Shown here: positions 45,887 to 57,149 of the stretch, in pieces
Numbering within the stretch: position 1 is the stretch's first letter
Layout: every line of letters begins with the position of its first letter
Assembly (NCBI GenBank): GCA_001769535.1
Contig: MEOH01000027.1
Location: forward strand, 32,553-96,552
From: Bacteroidetes bacterium GWF2_38_335
GTDB lineage: Bacteria > Bacteroidota > Bacteroidia > Bacteroidales > GWF2-38-335
DNA length: 64,000 nt
Direction: 5' to 3'
Made by a program: the position numbers and the translations under genes
The notes under the pieces: generated by a model
What the model was told of the DNA's origin: nothing
What the model saw: only the letters and a program-made list of their open reading frames with translations
The model's database searches: none

Positions 45887-47929
45887 CTATTTTATTTCCG
45901 AACCCGGTTTAAAATCTTTGATGCTTGAAATAAAACTCATTTCGCCCTGGGCATTTTCGGCCATCAATACCATTCCCTTCGATTCGATGCCTTTTATTTC
46001 ACGGGGGGCAAGGTTTACCAGAATGCACACTTTCTTTCCGATAATGTCCTCGGGATTGTAAAATTCGGCAATGCCCGAAACAACGGTGCGTTTGTCAATT
46101 CCGGTATCTATGAGAAGCTTGAGCAGTTTTTTGGTTTTGGCAACTTTCTCTGCTTCAAGTATCACGCCGGTTCTGATGTCAAGCTTTGTAAAATCATCAA
46201 AAGAAATATTTTCTTTGGCAGCTTTGGCAGGTGCGTTCGATTCGTTGGCTTTTTTGGTATTCTGCAATTTTAGAATTTGTGCATCAATTACATCATCTTC
46301 AATTTTATCAAACAAAAGACTTGGTTCTTTGATCTGGTGGCCTGCTGCAATCAGGTCTGATTTTCCCAGCTTATCCCATCCGGCTTTTTCCATATTCATA
46401 AATTCTAAAAGCTTTTTGGAAGTGAATGGCAGGAACGGTTCGAATACTATGGCCAGATTTGCTGTGATCTGCAAAGAAATATTCAGAATGGTTTTTACCC
46501 TTTCAGGATCGGTTTTGATCAGTTTCCAGGGTTCTGAATCTGCCAGATATTTATTCCCCAGCCGTGCCAGATTCATGGCATCTTTCAGCGCTTCCCTGAA
46601 ATGGAATGTTTCCAGGTTGCTTTCGATTTTTTGCTTCACTGATGCGAGTTCGGCCAATGCCTCTTTGTCAAAATCAGTGAGGGTGGTAATTTCGGGAACC
46701 TTTCCCTCATAATATTTTTGGGTAAGAACCAGCGTGCGGTTAACGAAATTACCAAAAACAGCCACCAGTTCATTGTTGTTTCTTGCCTGAAAATCTTTCC
46801 AGGTAAAATCATTGTCCTTTGATTCGGGCGCGTTGGCGCAAAGAACATATCGCAGCACATCCTCCTTACCGGGAAATTCATCAAGATACTCGTGCAACCA
46901 AACAGCCCAGTTTCTTGAAGTGGAAATTTTATCATTTTCAAGATTCAGGAATTCGTTGGCGGGTACATTTTCGGGTAGAATAAATTCTCCATGGGTTTTG
47001 AGCATCACAGGGAAAATAATGCAATGGAAAACGATATTGTCCTTGCCAATGAAATGTACCAGCTTGGTATCATCTGATTTCCAGTATTTTTCCCAGTCTT
47101 TTCCTTCTTTTTCAGCCCATTCAATGGTGTTTGAGATGTATCCGATGGGTGCATCAAACCACACATACAGAACTTTTCCTTCGGCACCTTCAACAGGCAC
47201 AGGTACGCCCCAATCCAGATCGCGGCTAACTGCTCTTGGCTGCAAACCCTGGTCGAGCCATGACTTGCACTGACCGCTCACATTGGGTTTCCATTCCTTA
47301 TGATCTTCAAGAATCCATTTTCTGAGAAAAGGTTCATGTTTGTCCAGGGGTAGATACCAATGGCTGGTTTCTTTTAAAACCGGCTTGTTCCCGCTTATGG
47401 TCGATTTGGGATTGATCAGTTCCGTGGAGCTTAAAGTAGTTCCGCATTTTTCACACTGGTCGCCATAAGCTTTTTCGTTTCCGCAATGTGGACAGGTTCC
47501 GGTGATATACCTGTCGGCCAAAAACTGTTTGGCTTCCTCGTCGTAATATTGCTCCGATGTTTTTTCAATAAACTCACCCGCATCATACAGTTTCCTGAAA
47601 AAATCAGAAGAGGTTTTATGGTGTGTCTTAGAGGTTGTTCTTGAGTAAATATCGGTTGAAATGCCCAATCTTTCAAAAGCTGATTTAATGATTGTATGGT
47701 ATTTATCCACAATATCCTGAGGAGAAACATTTTCCTGGCGTGCTTTGAGGGTGATGGGAACGCCGTGTTCATCAGATCCACAGACGAACAGAACATCTTC
47801 GCCCTTTAGTCTCTGGTATCTGGCATAAATATCTGCAGGAACATAAACACCTGCCAGATGGCCGATATGAACAGGCCCGTTGGCATAAGGCAACGCGGCG
47901 GTAATGGTATAGCGGTTAAATTTTTTCAT
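45887..47929 (-). CDS. metG: Methionine--tRNA ligase with C-terminal tRNA-binding domain
   Basis: 680 aa. [14 protein letters not shown] (HIGH), CPHCG...CEKCG zinc knuckles, KISTSRN (KMSKS-like), C-terminal EMAP-like domain. Confidence 0.96.
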   Translation of the reverse strand: MKKFNRYTITAALPYANGPVHIGHLAGVYVPADIYARYQRLKGEDVLFVCGSDEHGVPITLKARQENVSPQDIVDKYHTIIKSAFERLGISTDIYSRTTSKTHHKTSSDFFRKLYDAGEFIEKTSEQYYDEEAKQFLADRYITGTCPHCGNEKAYGDQCEKCGTTLSSTELINPKSTISGNKPVLKETSHWYLPLDKHEPFLRKWILEDHKEWKPNVSGQCKSWLDQGLQPRAVSRDLDWGVPVPVEGAEGKVLYVWFDAPIGYISNTIEWAEKEGKDWEKYWKSDDTKLVHFIGKDNIVFHCIIFPVMLKTHGEFILPENVPANEFLNLENDKISTSRNWAVWLHEYLDEFPGKEDVLRYVLCANAPESKDNDFTWKDFQARNNNELVAVFGNFVNRTLVLTQKYYEGKVPEITTLTDFDKEALAELASVKQKIESNLETFHFREALKDAMNLARLGNKYLADSEPWKLIKTDPERVKTILNISLQITANLAIVFEPFLPFTSKKLLEFMNMEKAGWDKLGKSDLIAAGHQIKEPSLLFDKIEDDVIDAQILKLQNTKKANESNAPAKAAKENISFDDFTKLDIRTGVILEAEKVAKTKKLLKLLIDTGIDKRTVVSGIAEFYNPEDIIGKKVCILVNLAPREIKGIESKGMVLMAENAQGEMSFISSIKDFKPGSEIK

Positions 47930-47997
47930 GTAAGAAATAGTTTCTTTTCAATTATTTATTTAATTTGCAAAGATATATATTCGGTATCAAAATTTCA

Positions 47998-48029
47998 TTT
48001 GCTGATTCGCTAATTTGCTAATTTGCTAA
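47998..48029. repeat. TTGCTAAT octamer stutter (4 tandem units) in the divergent metG/ldcA promoter region
   Basis: TTGCTGAT TCGCTAAT TTGCTAAT TTGCTAAT. A related AATCTGCTAAT array lies at 57238-57288. Confidence 0.7.
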
Positions 48030-48094
48030 TTTTTGAAACCTTTAAATACAATTGTTCATTGCATAAATGTTTATTACAATAATCAGACAATAAA

Positions 48095-49000
48095 ATGATT
48101 ACACCAAACTTTCTTAAAAAAGGCGATACCATAGGAATTGTTGCTCCGGCAAGGAAAATATCATCCATCGAGCTTAAACCTGCAGCAGATAAATTAAAAA
48201 AATGGGGACTGAATGTGGTTTTTGCTAAAAACATCAACAAGTCATTTCACCAGTTTGCAGGCAATGATGAGGTCAGACTGGCAGGATTCCAGAGTTTGCT
48301 TGACGATGACAATGTGCAGGCAATTATTGCGGGAAGAGGAGGATACGGAACCATCAGAATCATTGAGAAACTGAATTTTGACAAGTTTGTTAAAAATCCG
48401 AAGTGGATTATTGGCTACAGTGATATTACCGTGCTTCATTCCTATATCCACGAAAAATTCGGCATCGAAACCATGCATGCCGTGATGCCGGTCAATTTTC
48501 CTTTTAATGGTGACGACAGCGAATCAATACTGAGTCTGAAAAAAGCCATTTTCGGAGAGTCACTGAAGTACCATTTCGATCCTGATGAAAAAAACAGGGA
48601 GGGTAGTGCAACCGGACAGCTTGTTGGAGGCAATCTTTCGGTACTTTACAGCATGCGGGGCACTTCATTTGATTTAAATACCGATGGTAAAATACTCTTT
48701 ATCGAAGATTTGGATGAGTACCTGTATCATATTGACAGAATGATTATGAACTTTAAAATCGGCGGTAAATTTGATAAAATTAAAGGATTGATCGTGGGCG
48801 CATTAAGCGATATGAACGACAATCTTGTTCCTTATGGAAAAGATGCTTATGAAATTGTAGCCGATGCAGTTAAAGATTTTAATTTTCCGGTTTGCTTTAA
48901 TTTCCCCGCAGGACATATTGACCCCAATGAAGCCATGATTTTTGGTAGAAAAATTAAGATGTCGGTGACAGATAAGGGTACCAAAATTTCCTTTGAATAG
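48095..49000 (+). CDS. S66-family LD-carboxypeptidase (muramoyltetrapeptide carboxypeptidase-like)
   Basis: 301 aa. GIVAPA, RGGYGT, GYSDIT (nucleophile Ser), GH near the C-terminus. Confidence 0.85.
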   Translation: MITPNFLKKGDTIGIVAPARKISSIELKPAADKLKKWGLNVVFAKNINKSFHQFAGNDEVRLAGFQSLLDDDNVQAIIAGRGGYGTIRIIEKLNFDKFVKNPKWIIGYSDITVLHSYIHEKFGIETMHAVMPVNFPFNGDDSESILSLKKAIFGESLKYHFDPDEKNREGSATGQLVGGNLSVLYSMRGTSFDLNTDGKILFIEDLDEYLYHIDRMIMNFKIGGKFDKIKGLIVGALSDMNDNLVPYGKDAYEIVADAVKDFNFPVCFNFPAGHIDPNEAMIFGRKIKMSVTDKGTKISFE

Positions 49001-49007
49001 AAATGTA

Positions 49008-49060
49008 ATAGCCACGAATACACTAATAAAAAATTCGTGTATTCGTGGCTATATTTTTTA
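49008..49060. terminator. Bidirectional intrinsic terminator
   Basis: 16-bp perfect stem ATAGCCACGAATACAC / GTGTATTCGTGGCTAT (49008-49023 / 49037-49052) followed by ATTTTTTA. Lies between convergent genes. Confidence 0.8.
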
Positions 49061-49061
49061 T

Positions 49062-49742
49062 TTACCTATCGAAAGATTTGAAATCTTTGGGGATTTCAAA
49101 TAAATTATCATTCAATTGCTTTTTCTCTACATCCACAACGGACTGACGGGTTCTTTCTTCACGAAGTAAAGTCCTTTCAACCTGAAGCATAGGGAAGAAG
49201 CCCATCACATCCGGAATCTTTAAAAAGAAAATAGCACTGTTTTCTGTACGGTTCCAGAGTTTCAGAAAATCTTCGAAGAATGAAAAATTATCATAGGCAA
49301 CCCAATAGGCTATTTCAGTGTTCAGTTTTTTGTTTTTCACCCTCCACTGATAGCAGTTATACCCATTGATAACCTTGTTGTTTTTTGATTTGATGATTTC
49401 ATACTCATCATTGTCCGATTCCACATAAGGCTTAACAGCTATGCTCATGAACAATTTTCTTTTCGGACTGATGGCATGTATTGTTTTTTCATCCAGATCG
49501 AAAAGCAGACTGTTTTCAACTTCGTTGTTTTTGCCATGCTCATCAACCCTGACTTTTTGCCCTTTAACATGATAAGTATAATACAAAGTATCGATCATGG
49601 TTTGTTGAACACACTTGATACTTCCCTCAAAAGCTTTTTTGTTTTCATCAGGCTGCTGGGGAGTTACACGGGGCTGAGCTACCAGTCCGTTAAACGCACA
49701 CAGAAGAAAAACAGAAATAATTGTATTTCTAAAGAAAACCAT
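49062..49742 (-). CDS. Secreted hypothetical protein (DUF4412-like)
   Basis: 226 aa with a signal peptide ending in AQ. The family assignment is by resemblance only. Confidence 0.5.
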   Translation of the reverse strand: MVFFRNTIISVFLLCAFNGLVAQPRVTPQQPDENKKAFEGSIKCVQQTMIDTLYYTYHVKGQKVRVDEHGKNNEVENSLLFDLDEKTIHAISPKRKLFMSIAVKPYVESDNDEYEIIKSKNNKVINGYNCYQWRVKNKKLNTEIAYWVAYDNFSFFEDFLKLWNRTENSAIFFLKIPDVMGFFPMLQVERTLLREERTRQSVVDVEKKQLNDNLFEIPKDFKSFDR

Positions 49743-49852
49743 TACCTTTGAATTAATCGGTCAAAATTAATATTCATTTTGCAATATTACGCTTTTTAAT
49801 TACGCGGCCGACAAGGAAAAAGTTACTTTTTTTTAATGTTTTTTTAACAAAC

Positions 49853-50233
49853 ATGATGAATAACATACAATTAGGAAACAAAGGAGAAAAAGAAGCTGTT
49901 GATTTTCTGATATTTAGCGGTTATAAAATAATTGCAAAAAACTGGAAAAAAGGCAAAAAGGAAATTGATATTATTGCGAAAAAAAATAACACCATTGCTT
50001 TTATTGAAGTAAAAACCAGGTCAACAGATGCATTTATGGATCCGGCTGAGGCTGTAGATTCGAAAAAACAGAGAAATATAATTGACGCTGCTGAAAAATA
50101 TATAATTGAAAAAAATTTAGAGGAAGACATCCGATTTGACATCATCACCCTGGTTAAAGATTCAAACAATACCAGAATTGAACATTACGAAGATGCCTTC
50201 AGATCTGAACCCCGATTTAATCATGAATATTGA
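49853..50233 (+). CDS. YraN-family (UPF0102) endonuclease-like protein
   Basis: 126 aa. GEKEAVDFL..GYKIIAKNWK....EIDIIA.....IAFIEVKTR. Confidence 0.85.
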   Translation: MMNNIQLGNKGEKEAVDFLIFSGYKIIAKNWKKGKKEIDIIAKKNNTIAFIEVKTRSTDAFMDPAEAVDSKKQRNIIDAAEKYIIEKNLEEDIRFDIITLVKDSNNTRIEHYEDAFRSEPRFNHEY

Positions 50234-50570
50234 AGAACTGCGCGAATATTGCCTTAAAAAACCAGGCGTTTCGGAAAGTATGCCCTTTGGCGACGATACT
50301 CTTGTTTTTAAAGTTGCAGATAAAATGTTTGCACTATTAAACCTTGATGGTGAACCTGGTGTAAACCTGAAAGCTGATCCCGAAGATGTTATCAGCCTTT
50401 GTGAAACCTATCCCTCCGTAACACCGGGATACCACATGAGCAAAAAACACTGGGTCACTGTAAACCTCGATGGCTCGGTAAAAGACGGACTGATTTGCAA
50501 ATGGATTGACAATTCATATTTTCTGGTTGCACAGAATCTCACAAAAAAACAAAAAGAAAACTTAAAGTAA
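50223..50570 (+). CDS. MmcQ/YjbR-family DNA-binding protein
   Basis: ATG at 50223 (MNIEELREYCLKKPG) is preferred over the 50136 extension. Contains FKV..KMFA and HMSKKHWVTV. Confidence 0.8.
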   Translation: MNIEELREYCLKKPGVSESMPFGDDTLVFKVADKMFALLNLDGEPGVNLKADPEDVISLCETYPSVTPGYHMSKKHWVTVNLDGSVKDGLICKWIDNSYFLVAQNLTKKQKENLK

Positions 50571-50583
50571 TAATAAAAATACC

Positions 50584-51159
50584 ATGAAAATTTTAAAAAT
50601 TCTTAAAACCTTTTTCCGATATTTCCTTCAGGGACTCCTTTATACAGCGCCTCTTGGTGCAACTGCCTATATTATCTATTTTATTTTTAGTTTCACCAGT
50701 AATTTTCTTGAGGAAAATTATGTTGAAGGCTACTGGATTGGCATTGTGGCAATCATTCTTTTAATTACTTTTTTAGGGTATATCGGACGCACCATTATCG
50801 CCCAACCCCTGATGGCCCTTGTTGAACAAATTCTGAAAAACACTCCGTTTGTCAAGTTTGTGTACTCTTCCATCAAAGATGTGCTGGGGGCTTTTGTTGG
50901 GAAAGACAAAAAATTCAAAAAACCCGTACTGGTAAAAATGTATGGTACTGAAATTGAAAAAATCGGGTTCGTTACTCAAAGTGACCTGTCGGTGCTGAAT
51001 ATCGTCGGAAAAAAAGTTGCTGTGTATTTTCCTTATACCTACACTTTTATGGGAGAGCTTTTTATTGTTCCTGCCGAAAGTGTCACTCCGCTTAACATTC
51101 CCACGTCTGATGCGCTCAAGTTCGTCATTTCAGGCGGGGTAACCAATGTGAACAATTAA
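50584..51159 (+). CDS. DUF502-family membrane protein
   Basis: 191 aa. Two N-terminal TM helices followed by a soluble domain (GFVTQ...FPYTYTF..GELFIVP). Confidence 0.65.
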   Translation: MKILKILKTFFRYFLQGLLYTAPLGATAYIIYFIFSFTSNFLEENYVEGYWIGIVAIILLITFLGYIGRTIIAQPLMALVEQILKNTPFVKFVYSSIKDVLGAFVGKDKKFKKPVLVKMYGTEIEKIGFVTQSDLSVLNIVGKKVAVYFPYTYTFMGELFIVPAESVTPLNIPTSDALKFVISGGVTNVNN

Positions 51160-51212
51160 TTGCCGGTTTTATGTTTTTTTATTAATTTTAGAAAAATTCA
51201 ATACTGCTCATT

Positions 51213-51878
51213 ATGAAATATTCATTTTTAATTATCGCTTTGATATTCATATCGTTAAGTTCGTTTTCGCAACACAAAATAAAAGTTGAGGAAGATGATT
51301 ATTCCTTTTCCGTAGGACGCACCAACGCTCTTTCTGTTACCATTTACGAAAGCAATAAGGATGATGTCGAAAAAGAATGGAAAAAATTCATCAAAGACTA
51401 TAAAGCAAAGGTCAGCATTAAAAAGGAAATCTTTGCCGATGATGCTGAAATAAAAGATATCTCATCAAATGTAATTGATGTTTACGCGGTTGCAGAAGTT
51501 GATAAAGATGGCAATGTGATTCTATATGTTGGGTTTGATCTGGGCGGAGCTTTTCTTTCTTCCTCACAACACCCCGACAAGTTCAGATACGCCAAGGATA
51601 TGATGTACAAATTCGGAAAGGAAGCTACCCTTACTGCAATTGACGGCCATCTTGAAGCTGAAGGCAAGATTCTGAAAAAGAAGGAAAGCGAACAGGAAAA
51701 ACTGGTGAAAGAAAATGAACAGCTTCTGAAAAATATTGCCGATTGGGAAAAAAGTATCGAAAAGGCCAAAGCCGACATCGAAACAAATAAAAAAGACCAG
51801 GAACTAAAACTTGGTGAAATCGAAGCACAGAAAAAAGTTGTTGAAGAAATTACAGATAAAAAAAATAAAGTTGACTAA
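51213..51878 (+). CDS. Secreted hypothetical protein with C-terminal coiled coil
   Basis: 221 aa with a signal peptide and a K/E-rich heptad C-terminus. Confidence 0.55.
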   Translation: MKYSFLIIALIFISLSSFSQHKIKVEEDDYSFSVGRTNALSVTIYESNKDDVEKEWKKFIKDYKAKVSIKKEIFADDAEIKDISSNVIDVYAVAEVDKDGNVILYVGFDLGGAFLSSSQHPDKFRYAKDMMYKFGKEATLTAIDGHLEAEGKILKKKESEQEKLVKENEQLLKNIADWEKSIEKAKADIETNKKDQELKLGEIEAQKKVVEEITDKKNKVD

Positions 51879-51879
51879 C

Positions 51880-53022
51880 ATGAAATTATTAATTGCTCTT
51901 TTTGCACTCTGCTTAACTTTTGGATTAACTGCCCAGGAAAATCACAAAGACTATTCTTTTTCGAAAATTTATGATTTAAAAACAACTCCGGTAAAAAACC
52001 AGCAAAGCTCAGGCACCTGCTGGAGTTTTGCCACGGTTTCTTTTCTGGAGACCGAAATACTGCGCACCAAAAATATTGAAATAGATTTATCGGAAATGTT
52101 TTTTGTGAGAATGGCTTATTTTACTAAAGCCGAACTTTATATCCGTTTGCACGGAAACTCAAATTTTTCTGAAGGCGGACAGGCACATGATGTTTTTAAT
52201 GTGCTCAGAAAATATGGAATGGTTACCGAAGAAACTTACAAAGGGCTTTGCTATGGCGAAGAACAGCATGTCCATTCTGAACTCGTTGATGGTTTGAAAG
52301 GATATATTTCGGGAGTTAACAAAAAGAGCAACGGTAAACTTTCCACTGCATGGACTGCCGCTGTGAACGGAATTCTGGATGCCTATTTCTGCACAGTTCC
52401 CAAAAATTTTTCATACGAAGGAAAAACCTATAAACCCACCGAATTTGTTGGTTTTTCAGGCATCAACCCCGACGATTACATCGAAATTACCTCTTACTCC
52501 AACGAACCTTTTTATAAAAAGATTATTCTCAGGATTCCTGATAACTGGTCAGGCGACCAATACTACAACGTTCCCGCCGATGACATGATGAAAATAATCG
52601 AAAATGCCCTTAAGAACGGCTATAGTGTTTGCTGGGACGGTGATGTGAGCGAAAGAAGTTTTTGTTTTTCGGCAGGTATAGCCATTATTCCGGATGATGA
52701 CTGGAGCGATATTTCAAGAGCTGAAGCAGCCAAAAAATTCGAATCATACAATAAAGAAAAGGCTGTAACGCAGGAAATGCGACAGCTTACATTTGACAAT
52801 CTGACCACCACCGACGACCATCTGATGCACATTACCGGAATGTATAAAGACGCAAAAGGAGTTTTTTACTACAAAACCAAAAACTCCTGGAGCGCCGAAA
52901 GCAACAGCCAGGGCGGGTATCTTATGATGTCAGACTCCTATGTGCGCCTGAAAACAACCGCCATCCTTATCCATAAAAAGGCAGTCCCCGAGGAACTTGC
53001 TAAGAAGATAGGAGTAAATTAA
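51880..53022 (+). CDS. C1-family cysteine peptidase (aminopeptidase C / bleomycin hydrolase-like)
   Basis: ATG at 51880 (MKLLIALFALCL signal peptide). NQQSSGTCWSFA (catalytic Cys) and DHLMHITG (His). Confidence 0.85.
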   Translation: MKLLIALFALCLTFGLTAQENHKDYSFSKIYDLKTTPVKNQQSSGTCWSFATVSFLETEILRTKNIEIDLSEMFFVRMAYFTKAELYIRLHGNSNFSEGGQAHDVFNVLRKYGMVTEETYKGLCYGEEQHVHSELVDGLKGYISGVNKKSNGKLSTAWTAAVNGILDAYFCTVPKNFSYEGKTYKPTEFVGFSGINPDDYIEITSYSNEPFYKKIILRIPDNWSGDQYYNVPADDMMKIIENALKNGYSVCWDGDVSERSFCFSAGIAIIPDDDWSDISRAEAAKKFESYNKEKAVTQEMRQLTFDNLTTTDDHLMHITGMYKDAKGVFYYKTKNSWSAESNSQGGYLMMSDSYVRLKTTAILIHKKAVPEELAKKIGVN

Positions 53023-53107
53023 GCAGTATGGTTTTTGAGGAGGTTTTGAAAATGGGTGGGGGGTATAGATTCGGCTTCCAGAGATAACAGATCATACTTT
53101 TTAAAAA

Positions 53108-56100
53108 CTACCTCATCAAAGTAACCTTCCCGGCTACTTCATGCTTGTTCTCATCCTTGTCAAAATAAATAACCAGCCAGGTGTACACATCGGTGGGTGC
53201 TTTTTTATTGCCTTTTACCCTGCCGTCCCAGCCTGTTAACTGAGGTGCAAGGGGGTCATAGTCGGTGGTTTCGTAAATCAGCTCGCCCCAACGGTCGTAT
53301 ATTCCCATGAAAAATCCATCGGTAACCATTCCGGTGCCCACCACATAAAACAGTTCATTTATTCCGTCGTTATCCGGTGTAAACGCTGTTGGTGCCCAGA
53401 AAGTAAAATAGTCATTGATAATCACATAATCTGTGACTGTATCCCTGCATCCGAATTCAGTTACTGTAACCAGGGTTACTTCGTAAGTGCCCGGCTCAAA
53501 ATATTCATGCATGGGGTTTACCAGTTCCGAAGAATCATGATCACCAAAGAACCAATAATTATAATAATTGTAAACAGAGGTGTTTTGGAAATATATTTTT
53601 GGCTCCAGAATAGTAGTAACCCAAGGATCCGGAATAAAAGAAGCTTCGGGCTCAGGATATACGGTTATCATATCTTCATAGGTCATATCTGAACTACACC
53701 CAAACTCATTGGTAACAGTTAGGGTCACATCATACACCCCTGAATTCTGATATGTATGTTGCGGATTTGGCAATTCAGATGAATTATAACTGTCAGGATC
53801 ACCAAAATCCCAGTCGAACTGAATTCCAGGATCTGCCTCAGTTATTTCAGTGAAATGAACAATGAGTGGCGGACAACCATTGACAATATCTGATACAAAT
53901 CCTACCGGTGGAGCCGGAATAATTATAAAATTTGCTCCATCGAAAACCATGGGTGTATTACATCCATCTTCCATGGTAACGCTTATTTCAGCTGATTCCT
54001 CAGGGTAGTAACTATAAGGAAATGTTATGGCTGTTGTGCCATCGAAGATAAACTCATATGGTCCGCCATTTCCTCCTGAATAAACTGCGTTTACAGTAAG
54101 CATTTCGCCCCTGCAGATTGTATCATCAGCAAGAATAATTTCCAGATGCAGGGAGTCATGCAGATTAATATCCACGCTCTCGGGTGCAGCAGTGCAGCCA
54201 TTATTGTCGGTTACTGTTACGGTATAGGTTGCTGCTGCATCCGGACTAACTTCAATATATGCCGAGGTAGTGCCAATGTTCCACTGGTAAAAATAAGGAT
54301 AGGTTCCTCCTGTTGTTGCAGCATTGACAACAACGGTATCGTCAATGCAAATGGTTATTTCATCTGGCAGAACCACAATAAGCTGTCCGGGTTCATTTAG
54401 ATAAAAACTCTCTGATTGTACGCAATTATTATTATCCGTAACTGTCAGGGTGTACATTCCTGCAAGCAATCCGCCAATATCCTGATTTGTACTTCCATTT
54501 GACCAGTGGTAAGTGTAACCCGGTGTTCCTCCTGTTACCGACGCGTCAATAGCGCCTGTTCCAACTCCAAAGCAAACCAGATCGGTAATGGATGCGGTAA
54601 TAACAATTTGGGTTGTTAAATCAAAAATTTCAATGCTTCCAATAATATTACAGTCATTGGCATCTGATACAGTAACTGTATAAACACCCGAATGCAATCC
54701 GCTCAGATCAGATGTAGTCTGTCCCGTATTCCATAAATAAGAATAAGGCGGTGTTCCTCCGGATGTAAGCTGAAGGATACTTCCGTTGCTGTATCCAAAA
54801 CAAAGAATATCAGTCCCTGTGAGTGTTGTCACAAGTGCAGCGTCGGGTGCATTAATATTAACTGTTTCGTTGATAACACATGAATTATCGTCGGTTACTG
54901 TAACGGTAAAAGTTCCTGCTGATAATCCGGTGATATCTTCGGTTACAGCTCCGGTGCTCCAGTCATACGAATACGGAGTGGTTCCTCCCGAAACGGTAAG
55001 GTCAATATTTCCGTCGGTGCCGCCAAAACAGTTTACATCAGAATAATCAAAATCGAGATTCAGCGCGTTTGGTTCGTTTATATCAACTGTATATTCATCC
55101 TGGCATCCATCGCTTCCGGTTACGGTTACGGTATAAGTACCTGCCTCAATCCCTGAAATATCCTGCAAAACGCTACCATTACTCCATGCGTAGGTAAAAG
55201 GCGCGGCGCCACCGGTAACCGTCAGATCTATTGAACCAGTTGCAAAGCCATTGCATTCGGCATCAACACTGGTAGCAGACAAAGTAAATCCCGGAATATT
55301 ATCGACAGTTACAACCTGAGTTATTATGCAGCCATTCTGGTCGGTAACCTCAACAGTATAAGGGCCTTGACAAAGATTAACCGCAGTGGCAGTATTTTGA
55401 ACCGGAGAGGTGGTCCATTCGTAAGTGTAGCCCGGACTGCCGCCCGAAACGCTGATGGATGCTTCACCAATACACTGATCGCAGAAATCGTCTTCTGAAG
55501 ATGTTGTGAAAATAATCTCATCGGGAATATCAATGGTATAGGAACCGTTGGATGGTTCGCATGATTCCATTATTGTTTCAAGAGTGATGTTGTATGAAGA
55601 TCCCGGCGTCGGGAATGTAACCTGCATTGGTCCGGGCCCGGAAATATCACCGGCAATTACAGTGCCACCACCTAAATTCCAGTTATACACCACATCGCCG
55701 GCAGCAGTACCGGTATAGGTAATCAGTGCATAACCATCGGAGCATGCGGGCGGAACAATGTTAACTGTAACCGGAGGAGTTTCACAGTAGCAATCCATAT
55801 CAAAAGGAATTGACTGGGTTGCAGCAAGGTTTCCGCAATTGTCGGCAACCGATCCCGAAGCAGAGGCATTTAATGTAAGATTATAGGTTCCGCTGAAAGT
55901 AATGGCCGGACTAAATGTAACAGTAAAAGTATTGCCAAAATCAGCTCCGGCATCACATTCAGGCGAAGACATTCCGGTAATTGTAAATGGCCCGCCCGGA
56001 CCGGTAACCTGAAAATCAGCAATTTCGACCGTTTCACAAATAACGTATTCAGAAAAATTAATGGTAATCTGGTTGCCTTCACAATCAGGTGGGTCAATAT

Positions 56101-57094
56101 CTGTCATAAAAGGATTTACATCATCAAAAATAACTGCAGTAGAAGCCCCAAAGTTGATATCATAACCATAATTTGAACCAGACCAGTTTGAAACATACAG
56201 CACATAGGTATTACCAGCCGTGACCGGAATATCAGAGTTCCACTGATTCCAGGCTCCTGTTCCGGGCCCATTGCAATTACCCGATGACGCAGCGTTGGCT
56301 GAATTGGCACCGGTCGGACCTGCATTAACCGGAGGCAGACTGCCGTCGCCTCCAGCCGTACTGGCACTTACAAGATATGCCCAGGGATTAACAAGCAAGT
56401 CGGCACATGAACCTGTTGTCAGATTGAAAACCGCCCAATCGTAATCATCATCATCATTGTGGGGATCAAGAGTGAAACGGAAAACCCCATTGGTCTGGGC
56501 CGAAAAAATATACCATAAACCATTATTTTCCTGGGGAATACAGCTGGCTGCATCAACATTTATTTCATCAAGGAAATTCCCATCACCTGAATATGCATAG
56601 GGATCAGGCTCAACATAGGTGCTTTGGCAAATAGGAATTGCTCCCAAACAATCCTGAACTGTGGCAGCAGGAGGATCAATATCACAATCAACCGTGGCAG
56701 TCCAGCCGGCAGCGCCCACAGAGCCATCAGAAATAAACTGAATGGTTATGCATGAGGTGGTTGAAACTGCATTAAAACTTGAGGTTGTCCCGGTAAAAGG
56801 ACTACCTGCAACCTGCGGGGCAGATGTGTTTGTGCCTGAATAAATATACAAATAATCGAAATTTGTTTCAAGATCAAGCATTGAAAAAACCAGCCCTATA
56901 TTTTCGGAACTACCCGAACAAAAAGTTACTGTAAAAGTCTCGGAACTATTATAATCCCCTCCGCTCCCACCGCTGTCATAAAATGTTCCCGAGCAGGTGG
57001 TAACAGTCTGACCATTATAGGAATTAATCTGATACACCTGAGCAAAAGTGCCAAGTATAGAGAATAAAAAAGCTATGGTCAGAAACCGTTTCAT
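53108..57094 (-). CDS. Giant T9SS cargo adhesin-like protein: CUB-like N-domain, SprB-type repeats, PKD domains, type B (gliding-motility CHU_C) sorting domain
   Basis: 1328 aa with a signal peptide. About 6 units of C.G..(D/N)GSI.L.V.GG..PY.Y.WS.G....DI.GL.AG.Y.VTVTD.N.C. Two PKD-like domains (FDWDFGD..., WFFGDHD...). C-terminus FTPDNDGINE...GWDGR...YTWLV...AGKVTLMR. Confidence 0.9.
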   Translation of the reverse strand: MKRFLTIAFLFSILGTFAQVYQINSYNGQTVTTCSGTFYDSGGSGGDYNSSETFTVTFCSGSSENIGLVFSMLDLETNFDYLYIYSGTNTSAPQVAGSPFTGTTSSFNAVSTTSCITIQFISDGSVGAAGWTATVDCDIDPPAATVQDCLGAIPICQSTYVEPDPYAYSGDGNFLDEINVDAASCIPQENNGLWYIFSAQTNGVFRFTLDPHNDDDDYDWAVFNLTTGSCADLLVNPWAYLVSASTAGGDGSLPPVNAGPTGANSANAASSGNCNGPGTGAWNQWNSDIPVTAGNTYVLYVSNWSGSNYGYDINFGASTAVIFDDVNPFMTDIDPPDCEGNQITINFSEYVICETVEIADFQVTGPGGPFTITGMSSPECDAGADFGNTFTVTFSPAITFSGTYNLTLNASASGSVADNCGNLAATQSIPFDMDCYCETPPVTVNIVPPACSDGYALITYTGTAAGDVVYNWNLGGGTVIAGDISGPGPMQVTFPTPGSSYNITLETIMESCEPSNGSYTIDIPDEIIFTTSSEDDFCDQCIGEASISVSGGSPGYTYEWTTSPVQNTATAVNLCQGPYTVEVTDQNGCIITQVVTVDNIPGFTLSATSVDAECNGFATGSIDLTVTGGAAPFTYAWSNGSVLQDISGIEAGTYTVTVTGSDGCQDEYTVDINEPNALNLDFDYSDVNCFGGTDGNIDLTVSGGTTPYSYDWSTGAVTEDITGLSAGTFTVTVTDDNSCVINETVNINAPDAALVTTLTGTDILCFGYSNGSILQLTSGGTPPYSYLWNTGQTTSDLSGLHSGVYTVTVSDANDCNIIGSIEIFDLTTQIVITASITDLVCFGVGTGAIDASVTGGTPGYTYHWSNGSTNQDIGGLLAGMYTLTVTDNNNCVQSESFYLNEPGQLIVVLPDEITICIDDTVVVNAATTGGTYPYFYQWNIGTTSAYIEVSPDAAATYTVTVTDNNGCTAAPESVDINLHDSLHLEIILADDTICRGEMLTVNAVYSGGNGGPYEFIFDGTTAITFPYSYYPEESAEISVTMEDGCNTPMVFDGANFIIIPAPPVGFVSDIVNGCPPLIVHFTEITEADPGIQFDWDFGDPDSYNSSELPNPQHTYQNSGVYDVTLTVTNEFGCSSDMTYEDMITVYPEPEASFIPDPWVTTILEPKIYFQNTSVYNYYNYWFFGDHDSSELVNPMHEYFEPGTYEVTLVTVTEFGCRDTVTDYVIINDYFTFWAPTAFTPDNDGINELFYVVGTGMVTDGFFMGIYDRWGELIYETTDYDPLAPQLTGWDGRVKGNKKAPTDVYTWLVIYFDKDENKHEVAGKVTLMR

Positions 57095-57149
57095 ATTACA
57101 CAGACTGTAAAAAGCACAAAAAGTTGCTTTTCAGACTTGTAAATATACA